A DNA stretch of 64,000 nucleotides. It comes from an uncultured Alphaproteobacteria bacterium (GTDB lineage Bacteria > Pseudomonadota > Alphaproteobacteria > Rhizobiales > Beijerinckiaceae). Both the position numbers and the translations under genes were made by a program. How positions within the stretch are numbered: position 1 is the stretch's first letter; every line of letters begins with the position of its first letter. Of the stretch, positions 23,150-33,721 are shown one piece after another. The stretch covers positions 56,653 to 120,652 of the forward strand of contig CAWKON010000008.1 in NCBI GenBank assembly GCA_963851225.1. Reading direction: 5' to 3'. The notes beneath the pieces were generated by a model. It had not been told where the DNA came from. It made no database searches and saw nothing but the letters and a program-made list of their open reading frames with translations.

Positions 23150-24643
23150 ATGCTGGTTGTGGAAACGATCGCCAAGATTCGCCGGGCGTTTTTCGTTCAG
23201 AAGAAGTCGATCAAGGAGATTTGCCGGGACTTACGGGTATCGCGGAAGGTCGTGCGGAAGATCATCCGCTCGGATGCGACTGAGTTCCATTACGAACGCT
23301 CGTCGCAGCCGCTTCCCAAAATCGGCCCCTGGCGGGATCGGCTGGATCGCCTGCTGCTGGAGAATGAAGATAAGCCAGCACGCGAGCGGTTGACACTTGT
23401 TCGACTGTTCGAAGAACTACGGGGCTTTGGTTATGGCGGCAGCTACGACGCGGTCCGCCGCTACGCGATAAGCTGGCGCAAGGAGCGCGGCGCCGCGATG
23501 GTGCAGGCCTATGTGCCGCTCACCTTTGCGCCCGGCGAGGCCTACCAGTTTGATTGGAGCCATGAAATCGTTGTGCTGAACGGCGCAACGGTGACCGTGA
23601 AGGTGGCGCACATGCGGCTCTGTCACAGCCGCATGCTGTTCGTGCGTGCCTATCCGCGCGAGACCCAGGAGATGGTCTTTGACGCGCATGACCGCGCCTT
23701 TGCCTTTTTCAAAGGCAGCTGCGAACGCGGCATCTACGACAACATGAAGACCGCGGTGGAGACGATCTTCGCCGGCAAGGACCGGCAATACAATCGCCGC
23801 TTCCTTCAGATGTGCGGCCATTATCTCGTCGAGCCAGTGGCCTGCACGCCGGCTTCGGGCTGGGAAAAGGGTCAGGTCGAGAACCAAGTCGGCCTGGTGC
23901 GTGAGCGTTTCTTCACGCCGCGCCTGCGGTTCAAGAGCTATGAGGAGCTGAATGCCTGGCTCCTCGACAAATGTGTTGCTTACGCCAAGGCGCATCGTCA
24001 TCCAGAATGCGCCGACCACACGATCTGGGAGGTTTTCGAGGGAGAACGGCAAAAGCTCGTGCATCTGCGCGGCCGCTTCGACGGCTTTCATGCGGTGAGC
24101 GCGGCGGTGTCCAAAACCTGCTTGGTTCGCTTCGACAATAACAAATACTCGGTCAAGGCGAGCGCCGTTGGCCGCCCGGTCGAGCTCCACGCTTACGCTG
24201 ACCGGATCGTTATCCGCCAGGACGGGATCACCGTCGGGGAACATCGACGATGCTTTGGCCGCGAAGAGACAATCTATGATCCCTGGCATTACGTGCCGGT
24301 GCTGGCGCGCAAGCCCGGCGCTTTGAGGAATGGCGCGCCATTTAAGGACTGGGTCTTGCCGTCCGCTATGGAGAAAATCCGCCGCAAGCTCGCCGGCTCC
24401 GCCGATGGCGACCGGCAGATGGTGAAAATCCTCGCAGCGGTTCTCGATGACGGGCTGCCGGCGGTCGAGGCCGCTTGCGCTGAGGCATTGAGCGAGGGAG
24501 TCCATTCCGCCGATGTCATTCTCAACATTCTGGCGCGTCGACGTGATCCCGGCCCGCCGCTGACCATCCTCACCCCCGACGCTCTTAAACTCCAGCACGT
24601 TCCGCTCGCCGATTGTGCCCGATACGATCAACTGAGGAATTGA
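23150..24643 (+). CDS. istA: IS21-family transposase IstA
   Basis: N-terminal HTH, then [17 protein letters not shown] with DDE-type catalytic core. 497 aa. Confidence 0.9.
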   Translation: MLVVETIAKIRRAFFVQKKSIKEICRDLRVSRKVVRKIIRSDATEFHYERSSQPLPKIGPWRDRLDRLLLENEDKPARERLTLVRLFEELRGFGYGGSYDAVRRYAISWRKERGAAMVQAYVPLTFAPGEAYQFDWSHEIVVLNGATVTVKVAHMRLCHSRMLFVRAYPRETQEMVFDAHDRAFAFFKGSCERGIYDNMKTAVETIFAGKDRQYNRRFLQMCGHYLVEPVACTPASGWEKGQVENQVGLVRERFFTPRLRFKSYEELNAWLLDKCVAYAKAHRHPECADHTIWEVFEGERQKLVHLRGRFDGFHAVSAAVSKTCLVRFDNNKYSVKASAVGRPVELHAYADRIVIRQDGITVGEHRRCFGREETIYDPWHYVPVLARKPGALRNGAPFKDWVLPSAMEKIRRKLAGSADGDRQMVKILAAVLDDGLPAVEAACAEALSEGVHSADVILNILARRRDPGPPLTILTPDALKLQHVPLADCARYDQLRN

Positions 24644-24648
24644 GACTG

Positions 24649-25377
24649 ATGGAACGCACGCAAATCTTCGACCTCATGAGCGAACTCAAGCTCTTCGGCA
24701 TGAGGGGCGCCTATGATGACGTGATGGCGGCTGGCATCAAGCGGCAGCACGAGCCGCCGCAAATCGTCGGCGATCTTCTTCAAGCCGAAATCGCCGAAAA
24801 GCAGGCGCGGTCAATCAAATATCAGATGACCATCGCCAAACTCCCTCTGGCCAAGGACATCGATGATTTTGACTTCAACGGCGCGACCGTCAACGAAACT
24901 CTGGTGCGCGATCTGGCCCGAGGCGGTTTCGTCGCAAGCCAACGCAATGTCGTTCTTGTCGGAGGCACGGGAACCGGCAAGACGCATCTTGCCATTGCCA
25001 TCGCGCGAAGCTGCATCCGCGCCGGCCTGCGCGGCCGCTTCTTCAATACCGTTGATCTCGTCAATCGTCTGGAGGCCGAAGCCCGCGCCGGCCGGCAGGG
25101 CCGAATCGCCGATTACCTCACCCGCAAGGACTTCACCGTTCTCGACGAACTTGGCTATCTGCCCTTCGCTCAGGCTGGCGGGCAATTGCTCTTCCATCTC
25201 GTCAGTCAGCTCTACGAGCGCACCTCGGTCATCGTCACCACCAATCTGGCCTTCGGCGAATGGCCAAGCGTGTTCGGAGACGCCAAGATGACGACCGCGC
25301 TCCTCGACCGGCTTACTCATCATTGCGACATTGCCGAAACCGGAAATGAAAGCTGGCGCTTCAAAAATCGCGCCTGA
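24649..25377 (+). CDS. istB: IS21-family ATP-binding helper protein IstB
   Basis: Walker A ([12 protein letters not shown]), Walker B (LDELGY) and the typical IstB C-terminus. The start lies 6 nt after the istA stop. Confidence 0.9.
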   Translation: MERTQIFDLMSELKLFGMRGAYDDVMAAGIKRQHEPPQIVGDLLQAEIAEKQARSIKYQMTIAKLPLAKDIDDFDFNGATVNETLVRDLARGGFVASQRNVVLVGGTGTGKTHLAIAIARSCIRAGLRGRFFNTVDLVNRLEAEARAGRQGRIADYLTRKDFTVLDELGYLPFAQAGGQLLFHLVSQLYERTSVIVTTNLAFGEWPSVFGDAKMTTALLDRLTHHCDIAETGNESWRFKNRA

Positions 25378-25524
25378 TGCTCAAACCCTGCCTCACGCCA
25401 CCGCGCGCGCCCCGGCTGCGCAACTGACCAGCTCCGCCAAGGCGCGCGCTGCCGTTCCCGGCCGTCTCAAAGAGGGGTCCCTTTTGCATGCAAATCTAGG
25501 GTCCAGATTCCTTGCTGATTGACA

Positions 25525-25793
25525 CGACGGAGGCGGTCCGTCGAGCGATACAAAATAGTCAAGAGAGCTTAAGAGCACTCGCCAAGCACTACGGGATCAA
25601 TCAGGAGACCGCCGCCAAATGGAAGAACCGTGAGGCTGTCTCTAATCTGCAGTCGATGCGCAATTCGCGTGGAAACGATTTGGGAGCCTCGTGTCCGGCC
25701 ACTGGCACACTAAGCGTACAAACCGGCAAGCCTCAAAATCGCAGGCCGATTGCGGCAATCGGGCCTTGCAGCACTGCGTTGAAGCCGCTTTGA
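25525..25793 (+). pseudogene. 3' part of an IS-type HTH transposase/OrfA-like ORF interrupted by the IS21 element (5' part at 22999..23037)
   Basis: With the IS and one TSD copy removed, the ORF reads MGQVLRGCVTTTE|AVRRAIQNSQESLRALAKHYGINQETAAKWKNREAV... This is a helix-turn-helix transposase N-terminus. It is truncated after ~100 aa by the converging porin gene. Confidence 0.55.
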
Positions 25794-27527
25794 CGCAAAC
25801 CGCTGCCTTGCGAATAATCGACCTCCAACGCCCGGTATCCGATCATGCTCTGGCAATTCAGGCCGCCGAATTCGAAATTGTGCGCATAGCCGCCGAAAGC
25901 CTGCCAGCTGATCTTGCTGCCGACGCCGAAGCCGCCGATGTCTCCCTTGAGCTGGAATTCGCCACCCGACGCCAGTTGCTGCCGCACGCGAACGCCAACC
26001 AGCGGATCGACCCAGTTCAAATCGCCGGAACTGTCGATCGCCAATTGACCGGTCTGGCTCAGCCCGAGCGCCGGCACGTTGACAGATCCGGTGATATCGA
26101 GCCCCACATTGGCGCTGACGTTCCAGTAGCGAAGGCCAGCGAGCGCGTCGATGGCCGTGTAAGACGCGCCCCCATTCGACCAGCGCGCCAACTCGTAGGC
26201 GCCGCCGGCTTCGAGGATGGATTTTACCGTGAATTTCAGATGCCCGGTCGCGTCCGCCGTCAACGAGACGCCGGTGAACGGCGTGCGCAGCGCGAGGGCC
26301 GAACCCGAAGCCCGCAATTGCGCCCAGAAGAAGTCGCCATAAGCGGCGAATGGGCCGTTGCGCGCCTCGAATCGAGCGCCGAACTCCAGCGGAGGCGTGC
26401 TGACTTTGGTCAAGAGATCGATGAAGCTGAGGTTCGCGCCGATCGTCTCGCCGCGCGCCGTGACCGTGCCGTTGATACCGACCGCCCAGAGATAGGGAAG
26501 AACCGTCACCCGCCAGTCGCCGAAGGCCGGCCTTTCGGCGGCGAAGAATTGTGGCGCGACGAAGATTGGCGTCGCGGCGGATGCGTTTGCCGCGGGCTGT
26601 TGCCCTGCGAAGCGATAGTTGAGGCCGGCGCGAACGACGACGCCGTTGAATTGCGTCGAGCTGGAGATCGAATCGCCGACCTGTCCTGGGCCGACGATCG
26701 CCTGGTGGATCAGCGGGCCGCTGTTGGGAAACGCGACGTTTGCAACGCCGAGATCGTAATAGAGGAACTCCAGTTTCGCCGACAGTTCGCCGGTCAGCGC
26801 CGATTCCACTCCGCCGCCGACCGTCCAGCCGAGACGATTGTTGAAGAAGTCGCTCTTTGCGCCCGCAGACAATAGCAGCGAGGGCGTCAAAGATTGCCTG
26901 ACGGCCGTGCTTGTGGCGATGCCGCCGTAAGCGAGTCCGCCCGTCGCATAGAACAGCATCGTCGGAGTGAAGGCATAGCCGAGGCGGCCGCGGACCGTGC
27001 CGAAATATTCGAGGCTGCGGTTGACGGTGACGCTGGTCACCGCCACGAAGGGCGGAAAAACCGCCGCCGGCGTCACATTGGTGAAGCCGCCGCCGCCGCG
27101 AATGCCTGCGCCCTGGAGGTCGGCCTCAATACCCGCGACGAACCGGTCGGAGAATTGCCAATTGTAACCGGCCTGGCCGCCCGAAAAGAAGCCGTTCAAA
27201 CGCGTGCCGACGGAGCCTGTGGCGCCGCGCGCCGCCGCCGCCGCCCATAGGCTTGGCGAGCCAGGGATTACGGAAGAGTTCGAACAGATTGACCGCCGAC
27301 GTGCCGAAAGTGCTGCTGCCACGCCATGCGTAACCGGAATTGAACCCGATATAGAGCCCGCTCCAGCTGAATACCGGCGGCGCTTCGCTCGGGGAAAGAT
27401 CCGTGGCGAAAGCCGTCGCCGCGAACCCGGCGAAAGCGATGCCGCCGGCTATAAGCGACCGCGCCGCCATTCCGCAAATCGCGGGGTTGAGGAAAAGTGC
27501 GGCGCCCTTCAAAGACGAGGACCTCAT
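25733..27527 (-). CDS. large outer-membrane beta-barrel protein of the Omp25/Omp31/RopB family (two tandem barrel-like halves); one frameshift near 27230-27300
   Basis: Signal peptide and first strands (YIGFNSGYAWR) lie in ORF 27126..27527. The body is GGQAGYNWQFSDRFVAGIEADLQ...GTVRGRLGYAF...LFYATGGLAYG...LEFLYYDLG. The C-terminal residue is Phe. Confidence 0.7.
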
Positions 27528-27964
27528 CTCTTACCTCAATCGTATTCGCGTCAGTCGTGCACCGAACCATCAAGCGTCCGAGCACTGTGTCGCAATTATT
27601 GCGTTTTGAACCAGCGGCGCTATGCCTTCGATTGTAAAAGGGTCGATTTGAGTGCCAATGTGCCCTATTTGCAACATGGAAGGCTGCTCGCAGCTTCCAA
27701 CTTGTTCGTGGCTTCCGCCCTGCCGGAGAGGAAGCGAGCTACATCTCGGTGGTACCGGGATTAGCGAAATAGGTATCGAGCCCGGCGTTGACAAGCGTAT
27801 TCAAAAAGGCTTGTGCACCATTCACAGACCGTCTTTCTTGTTCGGCTCTGACGTGAGGCTTGGTGCGGGAAGGCTCCGGCTTTCGAAGTCGAAGTCATTT
27901 GCCCACACTCCTTCAATATTGGGGAGTACCAGTTCACAGTCTGCGGTTGCTGGTGCCTTAGGAA

Positions 27965-30315
27965 TTGCGACATATGATTTTTATCCGGTTCCAGGCCAAT
28001 TTCGCCATCGCCGCGGCGGCGACAGGTTTGTTGTCCGTCCACCCTACGAAAGCGGAACCGCAAACAGATGCATCTGCCACTTTCGTCGGCGCCGGGGCTT
28101 GCGCCGATTGTCATGCGGCCGAAACCGAGCGCTGGAGGACCTCGCATCACGCCCTTGCGATGCAAAAGGCCGAGGCAGCCACGGTCCTCGGCGATTTCGC
28201 CAACGCAACGCTAACCCATCACGGCGTCACGACGACGTTTTCCCGCGATGGCGAAAAGTTCATGGTGCGGACCGATGGACCGGACGGCGCGCTACACGAC
28301 TATGAAATCGCCTACACTTTCGGCGTCTATCCACTCCAGCAATATCTGATTGCCTTCCGGGGCGGCCGCTATCAAGCGCTCGGCATCGCGTGGGACAGCC
28401 GTCCCAAGGATCAAGGCGGCCAGCGTTGGTTCCATCTTTATCCGGAGCAAACCCCGCGAGCCGGCGACCGCCTTCACTGGACCGGGCGAGATCAAACGTG
28501 GAACTATCAGTGCGCGAGCTGCCATTCTACGGATTTGAAAAAGAACTATGATCTTGCCACCAATACCTATGCCACCCGTTGGAGCGATATAAACGTCGCC
28601 TGCGAGGCTTGCCACGGCCCCGGCTCCCGCCATGTTGCTTGGGCCGAGTCTCGAAAAGCCGAAAGCTCTGGACCGCCACAGGCGGAGCCAAATCCGCCGG
28701 AGACTGGCCGGATGGGGCTCACGGTCCGGCTTGACCCCTCCAACCACTATCAATGGCGGATGAACCCCGAAACGGGCATCGCCCAGCGCGTCGAACCATT
28801 GAACACCCAAGAGCTCGATGTGTGCGCAGGATGCCATTCACGCCGCAAGGTGATCGTAAAGGATCCGCCCGCAGGCGCTGCATTTCTTGATTCCTATTTG
28901 TCCGCATTGCTCGAGCCCAGCTTTTATCATGCCGATGGGCAGATCGATGGCGAAGTGTTCGAATATGGCTCGTTCATCCAGAGCCGCATGTATCTTGCCG
29001 GCGTCACTTGCTCCAATTGCCATGAGCCCCACAGTCTGGCGCTCCGCGTGCAAGGTAATGGACTCTGCGCGCAATGCCATCTGCCAGCGAAATTCGATGT
29101 CGCGGAGCACCATCATCACCCGCAAGGCAGCGCCGGCGCGCAATGCGTCAATTGCCACATGCCCTCGAAAACCTACATGGTGGTGGACGACCGGCGCGAT
29201 CATAGCATCCGTGTCCCCCGGCCTGATCTCGCGGCATCGACCGGTGCGCCCGACGCATGCTCGCAATGCCATGCTGGGAAGACGGCCGAATGGGCCGCGC
29301 AACACATCGCCGAATGGTTTCCGAACGGACGGCAGACGACCCCCCATTTTGGCGCCGCACTATACGCCGGACGAACCAGCGCCGCTGATGCGGAGTACCG
29401 TCTCGACGCGCTAATTGTTGATCAAGGCCAACCAGCCATCGCCAGAGCAAGCGCCTTGGCGTTGCTCGCTCCCTTTGCCACGCCCGCGTCCGAGACCACT
29501 ACTAAGGCAGCGATCGGTGATCCGGACCCGCTCGTTCGCGCGGCCGTCCCGCGCGCGTTGCCCGCGGCACTCACGCCTGCCATGGTGCAAGCGGCCGCAC
29601 CACTACTCAACGATCCGATCCGCGCGGTCCGCATTGAAGCGGCACGGGCGCTCGCTGGTAGCGACCAGCAATCGATGACACCCGAGCAGCAGACGGCTTT
29701 CGCCGCGGCTTACCTTGAATTGTTCGATGCTGAGATGATCGATGCCGACCGGCCGGAAGCACATCTGAAATCTTGGCCTGCTGGAGACAAGGCTTGGCCA
29801 CCGTACAGAGGCAGAGAACTCAATATCGGACGGCCTTGCAACTCGATCAAACCTTCACACCTGCGCTCGTCAATCTTGCCGATCTCGACCGCATGCGTGG
29901 TCTGAACCAAGACAGCGTCGAGCTTTTGCGCAAGGCTATGGCAGTCGAACCAGACAACGCGGACATCCATCACTCGCTTGGACTAGCGCTCGTTCGTCAG
30001 CACAATTACGCCGACGCGATTCCGGAATTGCGGCGAGCCAATGAGCTTGCGCCGGGCAATGCGCGCTACGCCTATGTCTACGCAATCGCGCTGAATTCGG
30101 TTGGCGCTGGCGCGTCGGCAATGGAGTTGCTTGAAGATACCCACAGACGCCACCCCACGGATAGGGATACGCTTCTCGCCCTAGTCTCCATCGCTCGGGA
30201 AGTTGGCGATTTCGCTACCGCGCTTGCCCACGCACGCGAACTTGCTGTGCTTTTTCCGGCCGACATGCAACTTCGCTTGCTGGTCATCGACCTCGAGAAG
30301 CGCCAAGCGCATTAA
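27965..30315 (+). CDS. secreted octahaem c-type cytochrome fused to a C-terminal TPR-repeat domain (frameshift near 29780)
   Basis: Signal peptide, then eight CXXCH motifs (CADCH, CASCH, CEACH, CAGCH, CSNCH, CAQCH, CVNCH, CSQCH). TPR-like repeats follow and continue in ORF 29773..30315. Confidence 0.75.
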
Positions 30316-30363
30316 AGTTTCACCAGCGCGTACTCCAGGCCGAAAGACCTAGCCGTAGCTAGA

Positions 30364-30763
30364 TCAGCCGCCGGCGCGAGACGTGTTCAGCGTCACGGCC
30401 GCGCGAATAAGAGCTTTCAATGCCTCCTCGTCTATCTCCTTGCCTTCGTGGAAATCGATGGCACGCCTGGTGTTGCCATCGAGGCTGGAGTTGAAGAGGC
30501 CTGAGGGGTCGTCAAGTGCGGCCCCCTTGGCAAAGGTCATCTTTACGACATTCTTGTAGGTCTCGCCCGTGCAGATCAATCCGTCGTGGTGACCACACCG
30601 GAACCCCTCTCCACTTCCACTCCTCGACCACCTCTGGGTCGGCTTGCTTGATCAAGGCGCGGAGCTGGGAGAGCATCTCGCCCCGCCAGTCGCCCAGCTC
30701 CCTGATCCTCTCGTCTATCATCTGAGATGGAGATTTTCGTTCCGGAGATCCGCTCTTACCCAT
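30364..30763 (-). CDS. DUF1801 (YdhG-like) domain protein, one frameshift near 30560
   Basis: WRGEMLSQLRALIKQADPEVVEEWKWRGVPVW and then GETYKNVVKMTFAKGAALDDPSGLFN are consecutive DUF1801 blocks in two frames. Confidence 0.6.
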
Positions 30764-31002
30764 GATGTTTCATCGCCGTCGTACACGCCACCAAGACCAT
30801 CCTGTGCCCGGCGCAAGCGCTCCTTCCCGAAACATGCTTCCATTCGACTATGCAGCGCAGACTTTTGTTTAACCTTGACCATAACCGTGCTATTATCTTC
30901 GCATGCTTTTTTTCCATGGATGAAATACTGCTCGCCGGCATGACAATGGACAAGCGATATTTACGGCCTTCTCGATGTCCGGTAGCCCACAGGTTCAACC
31001 GT

Positions 31003-32081
31003 ATGATTTCCTCTCCTGCTGCTGATAGCAGTGACACAGTTCTGCAAAAGATCACAGCGCAGAAGTCGCGCGCGGCGATCTTTTTAGTGCTTACGATCAA
31101 TCCCGACCCTGCGGATGCGGCCGCCGTTCTTACATTTGTGCCCGATCTTTCGACTCTCGTCCGTGCGGTCGGATTTGGCTATCCGGAAGCTGGTCTTTCC
31201 TGCGTCATGGGTTTTGGTTCGCAAGCATGGGATCGGCTATTTGACGGTGCCCCGCGGCCCTTGGAACTCCATCCCTTTCGCGAGTACCATGCCGGGCCCC
31301 GCCATGCCGTCGCAACTCCAGGAGATTTGCTTTTTCATATCCGCGCTGACCGCCTTGATCTCTGCTTCAATCTGGCCGCTCTTATCATGGAGCGTCTCAG
31401 GAATTCTGTTACTGTTGCTGATGAAGTGCAAGGCTTTCAATTCTACGATAACCGGGATCTGCTGGGCTTTGTCGACGGCACGGAAAACCCCGAAGATGGA
31501 GGAAGCGGTCGATGCCATATTGATCGGCACGGAAGATCCGGCCTTTACAGGCTCGAGCTATGTGATCGTTCAAAAATATCTGCACGATATAGGAGGTTGG
31601 AACTCGCTTCCCGTCGAGGTCCAGGAGCGCATCATTGGCCGCAAGAAATTGGAAAACACCGAACTCGACGCCACCGTAAAACCGACCTATGCGCATAATG
31701 CGTTGACGACGATTATCGAGAACGGTCAAGAAAAGAAGATCCTCCGCGAGAACCGGCCCTTCGGCCGCCCGGGCCAAGGCGAATTCGGGACTTATTTTAT
31801 CGGTTACGCGCGCTCTCCAAGCACGATTGAGCAGATGCTCGAAAATATGTTTATTGGGCGTCCGCCAGGCAATTATGACCGGCTGCTCGATTTCAGCCGC
31901 GCCGTTACGGGCACTTTGTTTTTCGTTCCAACAGGGACCTTTCTGGACAATCTTAGTGCAAACCAACCGGCGACTGTTACGTCGTCCTCGCGATCCCGCG
32001 GCGCAAGGCTCGGCACAAATCATTTCGCCGGTGCGCGACGGTTCGCTTGGCATCGGCTCTCTCAAAGGAAACTCCCGATGA
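31003..32081 (+). CDS. DyP-type (dye-decolourising) haem peroxidase, encapsulin cargo with C-terminal targeting peptide; two frameshifts (~31500, ~31960)
   Basis: DyP GXXDG motif (LLGFVDGTENP) and proximal His region are present. C-terminal targeting peptide ...SPVRDGSLGIGSLKGNSR* . The stop TGA overlaps the encapsulin ATG (ATGA). Confidence 0.8.
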
Positions 32082-32887
32082 ACAATTTACACCGCGAGCT
32101 AGCGCCAATCTCGGACGAGGCGTGGGCTCAGATTGAAGAAGAAGCATCGAGAACATTAAAGCGATATCTCGCCGCGAGACGCGTCGTCGATCTGCAAGGT
32201 CCAGCTGGTACAATGCTCTCCGCCGTCGGTACCGGTCATACACGTACAATTTCCGGCCCAGGTGACAGTGTGTTGACGCGCCAGCGCGAGGTGAAAGCGT
32301 TGGTTGAGGTACGTGTTCCATTCGAACTCGATCGTCAGCAGATCGACGATGTCGAACGCGGTGCCAATGATTCCGATTGGCAGCCCGTAAAAGATGCTGC
32401 GCGAAAAATGGCTTTCACCGAAGATCGCGCAATCCTCGAGGGCTATCCGGCAGCTGACATCATCGGCATTCGCCAAGGAACCAGCAACCCGGTCATGACT
32501 TTGCCTGCGGTCGTGCGTGGATATCCAGACGCCATTGCTCAGGCCTTAAGTCAGTTGCGGTTAGTCGGTGTCAATGGCCCTTATTCGGTCTTGCTAGGTG
32601 CCGACGCCTATACCAAGCTCGCCGAGTCAAGCGACAATGGTTATCCCATCCTACAGCATGTCCGGCGCTTGATCGAAACGGAGATCGTTTGGGCTCCTGC
32701 CATCGAAGGTGCTGTCGTCCTAACAACGCGTGGAGGCGATTTCGATCTCCACATTGGACAGGACATTTCGATTGGATATTTGAGCCATTCGAACTCAACC
32801 GTGCAGCTTTATCTGCAGGAAACTTTCACATTCCTGCTACTTACGACAGAAGCCTCGGTGACACTGATTCCAGGCACGGCGAATTAG
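32078..32887 (+). CDS. family 1 encapsulin nanocompartment shell protein (HK97 fold; linocin M18-like)
   Basis: 269 aa. MNNLHRELAPISDEAWAQIEEEASRTLKRYLAARRVVD...RVPFELDRQQIDDVERGANDSDW...PAIEGAVVLTTRGGDFDLHIGQD...LYLQETFTF is collinear with mycobacterial Cfp29/Enc. Confidence 0.9.
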   Translation: MNNLHRELAPISDEAWAQIEEEASRTLKRYLAARRVVDLQGPAGTMLSAVGTGHTRTISGPGDSVLTRQREVKALVEVRVPFELDRQQIDDVERGANDSDWQPVKDAARKMAFTEDRAILEGYPAADIIGIRQGTSNPVMTLPAVVRGYPDAIAQALSQLRLVGVNGPYSVLLGADAYTKLAESSDNGYPILQHVRRLIETEIVWAPAIEGAVVLTTRGGDFDLHIGQDISIGYLSHSNSTVQLYLQETFTFLLLTTEASVTLIPGTAN

Positions 32888-33721
32888 GGTCCGTACCCAA
32901 TTGAATTGAACCTCGCGTCATGATTTAAGCTCGTCAGGAGGGCTTGATTCGTGGCGGACAATTTCTGGCTCAGCGATGAGCAATGGGCGGCGATCGAGCC
33001 GCATCTCCCGATGGTCCACACCGGACCTGAACGCAAGGACGATCGCCGCGTCATCAGCGGGATCATCCATCGGTTGCGCGAGGGCTGCCGTTGGCGTGCG
33101 CTTCCCGACGAATATGGGCCGTATACGACGGCCTTCAACAGATACAACCGCTGGAGCCGACGCGGTCTTTGGCAACGGATCTTCGCGGCGCTGGTTGCCG
33201 GCGGCGATCCCCCAGCGCTCACGATGATCGACAGTTCGGCGGTCAAGGCGCATCGCTCGGCGAGCGGCGCCAGAAAAAGGGGGCGCAAAATCAAGCCATT
33301 GGCCGCTCGCGCGGCGGGCGCACGACAAAAATCCATGCGCTCGTCGACGAAGAAGGCCGTCCGCACGCCTTCCTGCTGACCGGCGGACACGTCGCCGACA
33401 TCAAGGGCGCCGCGGCCTTGCTCGCGGCGACAGCGCCAAGCGAACGGTTGATCGGCGACAAAGGCTACGACGCGGATCATTTGCGCCTGTTCCTGCAAAC
33501 ACGCGGCACGACGCCGGTCATTCCCAACAAAATCAACCGCAAGACCCTCTTCCCGTTCGACGCCGAACTTTATCGCCTGCGCAACGTCATCGAGAGAACC
33601 TTCTGCCGGTTGAAAGACTTCCGGGCCATCGCCACCCGATACGACAAACCGCTCGGAAATTTCTTGCCGGCCTGTGCCTCGTCGCCGCGGTCGGCTATTG
33701 GCTCTAATTGAGTCCAGACCC
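32887..33721 (+). mobile_element. IS5-family (IS427-group) insertion sequence, ~835 bp, TA target duplication
   Basis: Imperfect terminal inverted repeats GGGTCCGTACCCAATTG and CTAATTGAGTCCAGACCC. TA occurs at both borders. The left border overlaps the G of the encapsulin TAG stop. Confidence 0.75.
32951..33711 (+). CDS. IS5/IS427-group transposase expressed by programmed -1 frameshift (orfA 32951..33379, orfB 33091..33711)
   Basis: orfA carries the HTH (DEQWAAIEPHLP...RLREGCRWRALPDEYGP). orfB carries the DDE region (LTGGHVADIKGAAALL...DKGYDADHLR...RNVIERTFCRLKDFRAIATRYDK). The slippery A5G5 run lies at ~33273 within the overlap. Confidence 0.8.

Larger units (their letters stand above)
23038..25524 (+). 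mobile_element. IS21-family insertion sequence (2487 bp) flanked by 8-bp target duplication CGACGGAG
   Basis: Ends are TGT...ACA with multiple ATTTGCATnnAAnnGGGACCC terminal repeats at both ends. istA and istB are intact. Identical 8-mers lie at 23030..23037 and 25525..25532. Confidence 0.85.

Noticed and set aside
25691-26875. 394-aa ORF on the plus strand
   Set aside because: It is antisense to the Omp25/31-type porin gene. Its composition is Arg/Ala-rich and low-complexity, typical of a GC-driven shadow ORF, and it has no recognisable motifs.
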